This document shows positions 1-7,725 of a DNA stretch of 30,765 bases, piece by piece. The notes under the pieces were generated by a model, which ran no database searches, was not told the origin of the DNA, and saw only the letters and a program-made list of their open reading frames with translations. Every line of letters begins with the position of its first letter. Within the stretch, counting starts at the first letter, position 1. Both the position numbers and the translations under genes were made by a program. This DNA comes from a virus (lineage: Duplodnaviria > Caudoviricetes), in the IMG/VR virus record IMGVR_UViG_3300048636_000041, positions 1 through 30,765 of that record. One strand, 5' to 3'.

Positions 1-3000
1 AGCATCTTGGTAACTCACCCAGGTACCTATATTGTTATCAAAGGTACTTTCTTCAGCCCCCATAAACTCACTACCAAGAGTTGAGTTAATAATAGCATCG
101 CCAGTAACATCTAACTTTTTAGTAGGTGTTGAAGTTCCGATGCCAATCTTACCATCAAATATTGTATTACCATTAGCATCTAAACGTATACGTTCGGATC
201 CACCAGTAGTAATAGTCATCACGCCACCACCGAGATAGCTGATCTTATTAGAATTAGAGAACTTAAAGTTGTTGTAAACTCTGATATCGCCAGCTATGTC
301 TAACTTATCCAAAGGAGTATCAGTACCAATACCAACTTTACCAGTAACAATTAAGTCACTTGGTAAACCGCCTTCTTTAATACTAAAATTATCTAATATT
401 ACATAGTCACCATTATTAGGAGAAACATTGCATCGTAAATAAATAGAACCAGCAGTATCAGAATCTATAGTTAGAACAGTCTTTATAGTCTGCCACTGAT
501 CATCTATATCTGTATCTGCATAGGTATATACTTCAGTAGCTCCTACTAAAGAACCACCATGTTGAAAATAAACTACAGAATCGGATTTAAAACCACTAGG
601 AATAAATATACTACCTGTTATAGTATAAGTCTTGCCTACTTGAAGAAGTCCTGGTGCTAATTGCTCTTTACGAGCTAACCACTGATTAGAACCATCTGAC
701 ACTGCTTTTAAAACAGGAGACCCATATAGGCTAATGCTAGGTGTATCATTTACATGAGATACAGTTCCCGATAAATAGTTTACCCATCCTGATATATTGG
801 ACTCAAATGTTGGGTTAGTATCCAACTCAGGTCCCAACTCAGTACCTATTCTTACATCACCAGCTACCTGTAGTTTCTCTGTAGGATTAGTAGTTCCGAT
901 ACCAACATTACCGCCATCTTCAACGTATAGGGCTGAAATACCGTCATCTTGTACGTCAAGTATATCATGAACACCAATTTGATTAATTACTACAGCAGGC
1001 CCTGTCCCATCATTAGTTACTAGCCATTGCTCTGTTGAGGTAGCATTGGTATCCATAATTGTAGTGGTACCGTTAAGCGTTAAGTTACCCTGGATTGTTA
1101 CATCATTTCCGAATGTAGCGGCTCCTGCAGTATCAAAATTTAAATATAAATCACCGCTAGTTTCATTTTGAATATTTAATTCTTTTGTCTTAAGATATAA
1201 TACAGTACCAGTAGACTTAATTTGATCATTAGTACTATCTTGTTGGAACTCTAAATGATCGCCAATTAAAAGTTTTCTAGTAACACTTAGGTCGCCTGCG
1301 CCTGTTAACTTCATTAACTCTGTTGAACCATTTAGAGTCCATTTGTTATATGAGTTGGTTGCGTCGTATCCTATATTGAAATGTAGAGAACCCCAATTGT
1401 TAGCATTGCCGTGTATTCTTACATACCCATCTTGTGCAGTATCATGACCACCATACAATCCTAAATACTCATTTTCTGTAGATTTATGAATATCTCCAGT
1501 TACATGTATGTCACCAGTAACGTCAATACCTGTTGAAGTTGTGGCTAGTCTTTCCTCTCCATTATTATAGAGTTTGACATAATTATCCTTTTTAGCAAGA
1601 ATCATTAGCTCACCAGTGTCACTTTGTAGTTGCAGGTAGTAACCACTCTGTAAAACTAAATCACCAGTACCGCTCTCTTTAATATATGAGTCTGTTCCAT
1701 CGGAGTAAATCTCTAAATCGTTACCTTTACCAAGTACTAACTTACTGTTATCAGGTAAATTAATATCACCCGCAACATTTAAGTTATATCCAATTTGTGG
1801 CTTTAATGAGATGTCTTTAATATGAGCAGTCATACCCACATGTGATAATGACTGTATTCTAGGGTAAGCTTTCTGCGGTGTGATATATTGGAATATGTGT
1901 CTAAATTCAGTCCACCCATTCGCACTAGTAACAGAAATTCCACTAGATGTTTCGTTGTGTGCGGTTATTCCAAAAGTAGCGCTCACACTAGATTGCCCAC
2001 TTGTTCCTACGTCAACCTTAGCTAAGAATGATATTTCAAAGTAATTGAACGGTGTTAAAGCTTCTGTCTCAGAATCATCTCCTTCGTTTAAATAGTTATA
2101 TACTCCATTACCCGTAACTCCAGCTGTTAAATTGAGGATGCCAGCATCTACTGAGAAAGTATGTTCTGGCGCCCATGAATTCCATGACCAATTAGCTGTA
2201 TCTTTAGCTAACTCAGTACTACCAATATATGAGTTAATGACAGTATCACCAGCTACATCTAACTTAGCAGTAGGATTAGTTGTCCCAATACCCAGGTTGC
2301 CAGATGAGTCTATACGCATACGTTCTGCGTTGTTAGTTTCAAATGATAGATAATTAGACGTATGGTTTGAGCGTATTCTTTGGATGTTAATATCATCCAC
2401 GTCACCCATATTAATAACACTCTCTGATGTATTAGAGGATGTTATGCATATTTGAGAATTGCCTGTAGAGTCTTTTACTTCTAACTCAGTAGTAGGAGTA
2501 GTAGTACCAATACCTACGTTGCCAGTAGAGGTTATGCGCATCCTCTCAGTTACAGTTGCTAATACTCTAGAACCTCCCGAGGTACTTTGAGTACCAAACG
2601 TTAGCGCGCCAAGAGCATCATTGTAATTACTATTTTCTTTAATACCACGTATATTTGCAAAAGTGGCATTAACACTGTTAGAGGCGCCTTGTCCTAAAAC
2701 ATCACCAGCAAATACAATATCACCACCCCTTCCAAGACTATATCCCGATGTAGTATCTCCTACATATAAATTACCTAGGGTGGCACTATGTTCACTAGTT
2801 TGGTGGATGGTGCCATTCATTCTTAGATTAGAATAACCTTGCGTTCCAAGCCAAACTTGACCTTGCCCAGTTTTTATGGCATAGGCAGCATTAGCAGTAC
2901 CTGCATCGAACCATCCTGCAGTTGAACCATTATTCTGATCAGATACAACCGCTCGAATTGCATGTACAGCTATGCCGGAATTTGTAACTCCATTACCCAC

Positions 3001-6000
3001 TATATCTAATTTAGCTGTTGGACTGTCAGTACCAATACCCACTTTACCAGTAACAATTAAGTCACTGTTGATTACCTCTTTAACTGAGATATCTCTTACA
3101 TAAAAGTCTGCACCTGACTGCCAACCTACAAATACTAGATACTGATTAGTTGAGGGTGTGTCACCAGTTATTACACCTGTAAGTGTTACCCAGTCAGAAG
3201 CATTAGTTGTACTAGGTGTTAAATCACCAATCGTAGACGAATAGTGATGTTGTGCTTTAACTGTACCACTAACAACCTTAACATCGTAAGATACTGAGTA
3301 ACTAGTACCCTCTACAAAAGGCAAGGTATGTCTTATACCCTCGTTAATGGCATCTGTTACAACATGTATCTCTCCACCGGATTCATCAAGTGTTGTAGGA
3401 GTTCCCTCTGTAGTATAGGTAGTAATTAACTCACTACCAAGATGTGTACCTATATTAATATTGCCAGTAACATCTACATTACCATCCGAAGTAATTTTAA
3501 GACGCTCTATATCTTTACCATCAGTTTTTGTATTAAATATTAAACCTGAAGTATAATTATCAGTGTATGCAGATGATATAGCATTATATGGGGTGGTGCT
3601 TCCATAAGTCCTAAACCCAAAGCTCTTATCTTTATCTACATAAACATTACATGTAGATATATTTAATGTACCTGATGTGCCATTTATCTTAGTCGTACTA
3701 TCTAATCGCAATAACCCTAAGAGGTCAACGATAGTCGGAGAGTTAGGAGATTGCCCGTTTGACACCTTGAACACATAACCATCATTCCATATTGTCGACT
3801 CATATGTACCAGCAGCATCAAATAAGCTAATCTTTCCGCCATCACCTAATGATAGTTTTTCACTAGGCGTATCTGTCCCAATACCTACTTTACCAGTAAC
3901 AATTAAGTCACTCGCAATTACTTCTTTAACTGATACGTTGTTTATATGTCCAACGAAGTTTGCACCGTGAATATATAAATATGAACTGGTGCTTGTAGGG
4001 GAGAGTATCTCGGAGTACCTTCCAGAACCTGTAGCAGGCGCACCAAGCGCAGAGCCAAGCTCCCCTCTAATATGCCCTGCTGTAACTGTGTAGTCAAACT
4101 CCACGAGAACCTTTTTATTCTCATAGTTACCTAAGACTTGATTAACATTAATAGACGAGCCACTGTTCTTGATTCTGTCATTAACGCTATCATAACTCCA
4201 ACCAGTACCTAGTGTCCAACCAGTAGTGTCATCAGTAAACGTACCATTAGTAACTAACTCAGGTCCACGAGATGAGGTAATAGTAGTGTCATTAGTTATG
4301 TTTACACCTGTTGAGTCGATACGCATAGCTTCCGTACCATCTGCTTGTTTAAACAAGGTGTGGTCGGAAACAGCATCAATCTCAAGCATGTGTTTGCCCG
4401 TACCTGTCTTACCAAATTTCAAGTATCTAGTAGATTCTAAACTGAGAATCTCCCCTACACTCTTTATGCCTTTGCCAGAGGTAGTTAAGATTAGGTGTTC
4501 ATCTACTATAGCCGCGCCAGCAACTGTAAGGTCACCAGCAGCAAGTACTTCTTTTACTGAAACATTGTCAATTGTTAAATCAAATGGTGGTGCAATACCA
4601 CGGATTGTTAATGCAGTGTCAATGCCGTTTGTTGTGGTAAACGAGTGGAAGCCTAGCTCATTATCTAATGTGTAATCAGTTCCATTTATCTTGAATCTTA
4701 TACTTCCTTCAGTATGTGATTTAATCTCATACCCTACCTCATACGTGCTATTTGCTGTTGGGAATACACCAGATTGGACTATATAAGACGAATATCCATT
4801 GGCATCGTCAGCACCTACAATTCTACAAGCACTATTGCCATTAATTACTGATTCTGTAACATAAGACGTAGCATCAGGCGTAAAAGAGCCTGATTCCCAA
4901 TTAGAGGGTACATCCGCAGACCAAGTACTAAAACCACCATTAGTGACTAATTGTGGTCCAAAATGGTTATTGATAGTAACGTCACCTCTAACATCTAAGT
5001 TAGATGTAGGATCTTTAGTGCCAATACCAACATTACCCCCGTCTTCAATATAGAAAACAGAACTGCCGTCATCTTGAATATTAATTATAGGTTGAAGACC
5101 AGTTTGATTAATTGTTACTGCTGGACCCGTACCATCGTTGGTAACGTTCCATTGTTCTGTAGTAGTTGTATCAGTATCAACAATAGTTGTTGTACCGTTA
5201 AGTGTTAGGTTACCCTGGATCGTTACATCATTTTTAAATGTAGCATCTCCAGTAGAGTCGATACGCAGTCTTTCAGCACCATTAACATATAGATACATAT
5301 GTTTATTTACATTGTCAGAATATATCTGATTTATTGTGCTTCCAGCAGATGTTTGGAAGTTTATAGCTCCGTAATTTGATTGAATATTAACTGGATTGTC
5401 GCAAGTAACACTACCAGTAACATCAATACCTGTTGAGTCGATACGCATAGCTTCTGAGCCACCCGTCACTAAACTCAACATGTCAGATCCAGGTCTGTAC
5501 AACCCCGTGTTTGTGTCGGACATAAAGTTAAGTGCAGGTTTCAGTTCCGTACCATCTTTGACCTGAAAGCCATTAGATGAAACTCTCGCCCTTTCCCAGC
5601 CACCTGCAATGAATTGCACAACGTTAGCACTGCCACTAGCATTACCTATTCCAGTGTCTGTATCACCTGCAAAGTATATTGATGGAGTTTCAGCACCACC
5701 TTCATTACCGTTAGCGATGATCATCTTACCACCAACGACAGCATCACCTGAAACCGTAAGGTCACTACCAAGTACTTCTTTAACTGATATGTTATCGAAC
5801 GTACCGCTTGAAGCTGACCCAGATGTTCTTCGATATATAAAGAGAGACGTACCTGTACCTGAAACAGTATGCTCTATAGAGTATTCTTCATTTGTGTCAC
5901 TAGCAAGTACGGCTGTGATATTCTCATTTATACTAGTTTGAACCTTGAAACCTGCACCTGTTATATTAGTCGCTTTAAAGGTTATTAGATATGTCTTACC

Positions 6001-6954
6001 ATCTTCAAAAACACTTTGACTTAGGTTTAGAGGCATACTGCCATCAGCAGTTATGTTTAATACTCCGTTATCTTGTACTATAGTGTTTGTAGTGTTAGTG
6101 TTAGCTAATGTCCAACCAGTAGTGTCATCAGTAAACGTACCATTATCAACCAGCTCACTACCAAGATGTGTATTAATAATAGCATCGCCAGCTACATCTA
6201 ACTTCTCAGTAGGAGTAGTAGTCCCGATACCCACGTTGCCAGAGGAGTCGATACGGAATCTTTCTGTACCGCCTGCACTAATATCTTTTACCCTTAAGCC
6301 ACCGTCATTTACCTCAATTCCATAATATCTAGTATCATTTTGAATACCAATACCAATATCAGCCGAACTAGTATTTTTAATATGTACTTTTGCAGTAGGA
6401 CTACTTGTACCAATACCCACGTTGCCACTTGCATTCAATATAATATCACCGGAAGTATTCTCTATATGGAATCTTTCATTAGGTGATACTATCTTTGTAT
6501 CCGAGCCGTGAGCTTGTAACTCAATAAAGTCTCTATCCGTACTTCCATTTAATGTGTAATAATCCGGACCTACTCTTAATCTAGCACCTGTAGACCCTAA
6601 TTCCAAAGTTCTTAAAGGAGCAGTAGTTCCAATACCCACGTTGCCATCAATGATAGCATTACCAGTAACCGTTAAGTCACCCGTCAAAGTACCACCAGCT
6701 AGTGGCAGGTATGAAGAGTCTTCCCAAGTGATGGACGTTCCATCTGTGGATAAGGTCTTACCAGCATGACCTGCAATATCCGGTAAGGCCAATGTAGGGT
6801 CAAAAAGAGCTCCATCAATATATAGAGCTCCTACATTAATATTGCCATTAAAATCGGCAACATAATTAGTACCGGGCGTTAAAGTATTTATCGCAAGTTT
6901 ACCATTGCGTAAAATAATGTCATGATCAAATAAATTTATACCAGTATAACTCAT
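1..6954 (-). CDS. Giant modular tail fibre/adhesin, >=2318 aa, 3' end outside window (absent from the supplied ORF track)
   Basis: ATG at 6954-6952 overlaps the upstream TAA (TAATG) with AGAGGT just upstream. Hand translation MSYTGINLFDHDIILRNGK...GTWVSYQDA stays open to base 1. Contains YLPLAGGTLTG, many GNVGIGT/ERMRIDSSG fibre-shaft motifs and seven inserted CBM-like domains. Confidence 0.9.
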   Translation of the reverse strand, partial: MSYTGINLFDHDIILRNGKLAINTLTPGTNYVADFNGNINVGALYIDGALFDPTLALPDIAGHAGKTLSTDGTSITWEDSSYLPLAGGTLTGDLTVTGNAIIDGNVGIGTTAPLRTLELGSTGARLRVGPDYYTLNGSTDRDFIELQAHGSDTKIVSPNERFHIENTSGDIILNASGNVGIGTSSPTAKVHIKNTSSADIGIGIQNDTRYYGIEVNDGGLRVKDISAGGTERFRIDSSGNVGIGTTTPTEKLDVAGDAIINTHLGSELVDNGTFTDDTTGWTLANTNTTNTIVQDNGVLNITADGSMPLNLSQSVFEDGKTYLITFKATNITGAGFKVQTSINENITAVLASDTNEEYSIEHTVSGTGTSLFIYRRTSGSASSGTFDNISVKEVLGSDLTVSGDAVVGGKMIIANGNEGGAETPSIYFAGDTDTGIGNASGSANVVQFIAGGWERARVSSNGFQVKDGTELKPALNFMSDTNTGLYRPGSDMLSLVTGGSEAMRIDSTGIDVTGSVTCDNPVNIQSNYGAINFQTSAGSTINQIYSDNVNKHMYLYVNGAERLRIDSTGDATFKNDVTIQGNLTLNGTTTIVDTDTTTTEQWNVTNDGTGPAVTINQTGLQPIINIQDDGSSVFYIEDGGNVGIGTKDPTSNLDVRGDVTINNHFGPQLVTNGGFSTWSADVPSNWESGSFTPDATSYVTESVINGNSACRIVGADDANGYSSYIVQSGVFPTANSTYEVGYEIKSHTEGSIRFKINGTDYTLDNELGFHSFTTTNGIDTALTIRGIAPPFDLTIDNVSVKEVLAAGDLTVAGAAIVDEHLILTTSGKGIKSVGEILSLESTRYLKFGKTGTGKHMLEIDAVSDHTLFKQADGTEAMRIDSTGVNITNDTTITSSRGPELVTNGTFTDDTTGWTLGTGWSYDSVNDRIKNSGSSINVNQVLGNYENKKVLVEFDYTVTAGHIRGELGSALGAPATGSGRYSEILSPTSTSSYLYIHGANFVGHINNVSVKEVIASDLIVTGKVGIGTDTPSEKLSLGDGGKISLFDAAGTYESTIWNDGYVFKVSNGQSPNSPTIVDLLGLLRLDSTTKINGTSGTLNISTCNVYVDKDKSFGFRTYGSTTPYNAISSAYTDNYTSGLIFNTKTDGKDIERLKITSDGNVDVTGNINIGTHLGSELITTYTTEGTPTTLDESGGEIHVVTDAINEGIRHTLPFVEGTSYSVSYDVKVVSGTVKAQHHYSSTIGDLTPSTTNASDWVTLTGVITGDTPSTNQYLVFVGWQSGADFYVRDISVKEVINSDLIVTGKVGIGTDSPTAKLDIVGNGVTNSGIAVHAIRAVVSDQNNGSTAGWFDAGTANAAYAIKTGQGQVWLGTQGYSNLRMNGTIHQTSEHSATLGNLYVGDTTSGYSLGRGGDIVFAGDVLGQGASNSVNATFANIRGIKENSNYNDALGALTFGTQSTSGGSRVLATVTERMRITSTGNVGIGTTTPTTELEVKDSTGNSQICITSSNTSESVINMGDVDDINIQRIRSNHTSNYLSFETNNAERMRIDSSGNLGIGTTNPTAKLDVAGDTVINSYIGSTELAKDTANWSWNSWAPEHTFSVDAGILNLTAGVTGNGVYNYLNEGDDSETEALTPFNYFEISFLAKVDVGTSGQSSVSATFGITAHNETSSGISVTSANGWTEFRHIFQYITPQKAYPRIQSLSHVGMTAHIKDISLKPQIGYNLNVAGDINLPDNSKLVLGKGNDLEIYSDGTDSYIKESGTGDLVLQSGYYLQLQSDTGELMILAKKDNYVKLYNNGEERLATTSTGIDVTGDIHVTGDIHKSTENEYLGLYGGHDTAQDGYVRIHGNANNWGSLHFNIGYDATNSYNKWTLNGSTELMKLTGAGDLSVTRKLLIGDHLEFQQDSTNDQIKSTGTVLYLKTKELNIQNETSGDLYLNFDTAGAATFGNDVTIQGNLTLNGTTTIMDTNATSTEQWLVTNDGTGPAVVINQIGVHDILDVQDDGISALYVEDGGNVGIGTTNPTEKLQVAGDVRIGTELGPELDTNPTFESNISGWVNYLSGTVSHVNDTPSISLYGSPVLKAVSDGSNQWLARKEQLAPGLLQVGKTYTITGSIFIPSGFKSDSVVYFQHGGSLVGATEVYTYADTDIDDQWQTIKTVLTIDSDTAGSIYLRCNVSPNNGDYVILDNFSIKEGGLPSDLIVTGKVGIGTDTPLDKLDIAGDIRVYNNFKFSNSNKISYLGGGVMTITTGGSERIRLDANGNTIFDGKIGIGTSTPTKKLDVTGDAIINSTLGSEFMGAEESTFDNNIGTWVSYQDA
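320..3912. repeat. Dispersed 26-bp exact repeat x3 (335-360, 3041-3066, 3887-3912) at cassette exits
   Basis: actttaccagtaacaattaagtcact (SDLIVTGKV on minus). 320-360 vs 3026-3066 match at 40/41 nt. Confidence 0.9.
4213..6145. repeat. 37-bp exact repeat (4213-4249, 6109-6145) at cassette entries
   Basis: tgtccaaccagtagtgtcatcagtaaacgtaccatta, encoding NGTFTDDTTGWT. Confidence 0.9.
4306..5454. repeat. 27-bp exact repeat (4306-4332, 5428-5454) in fibre shaft
   Basis: acctgttgagtcgatacgcatagcttc, encoding EAMRIDSTG. Confidence 0.85.
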
Positions 6955-7277
6955 TACGATACCTCTAATATACTAACGAAGCACTCAATTTTATCGGCTT
7001 CACTTGCTAAAAGTTGTAGTACATCTTCTGATTCCAAATTAATCGGTTTATCAAAAGAATGGGTAACCCCCGCGGGTATTAATAAGTTAGCGCTAACTAT
7101 TCTTGTCGCACTTTCACTATTATCTAAAACTTTAATTGTTACCGAAGCTGAGCCTGTTGCATGTGTGTTTGTAATAAAAACAGAGTGAGCAACTGCCGTC
7201 TTAGTAGCGGGCGTAGTATATATTGCAGTATCTGTAACACCTATTGCTCCTCCACCATTTTTAAATTCATTTGCCAT
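6954..7277 (-). CDS. Small beta-sandwich virion adaptor protein (MANxFKN type), 107 aa
   Basis: GGAG RBS. MANEFKN...AIYTTPA...KPINLESEDVL...SILEVS pattern typical of small fibre-associated phage proteins. Translationally coupled to the giant fibre. Confidence 0.75.
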   Translation of the reverse strand: MANEFKNGGGAIGVTDTAIYTTPATKTAVAHSVFITNTHATGSASVTIKVLDNSESATRIVSANLLIPAGVTHSFDKPINLESEDVLQLLASEADKIECFVSILEVS

Positions 7278-7287
7278 TTAGTTTCTC

Positions 7288-7587
7288 CTATCCACCAAAT
7301 ACTACTGACATAGCTACAGCTGTATCAATAGCGACGGTGCTATTCTTCCACTTCCCAGTGTTATTATCGTATGCTAACCCATGATCATGAGCTGCGCTTG
7401 AAATTTCTATATCAGAACCATTATCTAATGGTTGACTCGTTAATTCTATGATATCATCTCCAACTCCCCTAACGTACAGTTTCTTAGTCGCTAAATTGAC
7501 TGCAACTTCTCCCGCGAGGGTTATATTAGACGTAGTAGGAATGCCTGGATCATTGGTTGTCCTTTTTAATACTATTTGTTGACTCAT
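7288..7587 (-). CDS. Short fibre connector, 99 aa (start revised from 7641 to 7587)
   Basis: GGAGG RBS (7596-7600) precedes ATG 7587, whereas the track start lies inside the promoter. N-terminal IVLKR..P..GEVAVN..KLY anchor motif (Mtd_N-like); C-terminal AVAMSVVFGG. Confidence 0.8.
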   Translation of the reverse strand: MSQQIVLKRTTNDPGIPTTSNITLAGEVAVNLATKKLYVRGVGDDIIELTSQPLDNGSDIEISSAAHDHGLAYDNNTGKWKNSTVAIDTAVAMSVVFGG

Positions 7588-7626
7588 ACTGTTTACCTCC
7601 ATTGGAACTTTGTATTTATATCCTAT

Positions 7627-7655
7627 ATTATACCAAAACAATGATAAATTGTCAA
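7627..7655 (-). promoter_or_regulatory. Consensus sigma70 promoter
   Basis: Minus strand TTGACA (7655-7650), 17-nt spacer, TATAAT (7632-7627), with a TGn extended -10 and AT-rich upstream sequence. Confidence 0.9.
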
Positions 7656-7681
7656 GATATAAATTTGTATGGTATAGTTAT

Positions 7682-7709
7682 AAAAAAAGGGCAGTTTTAC
7701 CTGCCCTTT
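7682..7709 (-). terminator. Rho-independent terminator
   Basis: Minus strand AAAGGGCAG-GTAAAA-CTGCCCTTTTTTT, 16 nt after the stop of the 889-aa gene. Confidence 0.88.
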
Positions 7710-7725
7710 CTTAACTAGTTATAGT

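Noticed and set aside
3942-4124. 60-aa minus ORF (likewise 9153-9341 and 26056-26289)
   Set aside because: Out-of-frame overlaps inside larger genes, with no RBS or motif support seen.
66-6191. Diversity-generating retroelement or invertible shufflon
   Set aside because: The repeats are short and direct; I saw no adenine-specific TR/VR pair, no inverted cassettes, and no reverse transcriptase or invertase in the window. A trans-acting enzyme elsewhere cannot be excluded.
1-6953. Apparent 7-kb gene desert, pseudogene or recoded stop codons
   Set aside because: One minus frame is open in the standard code; it is missing from the track only because its stop lies outside the window.
7588-7641. 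Track start of the 117-aa ORF
   Set aside because: It overlaps the promoter; the GGAGG RBS supports ATG 7587.
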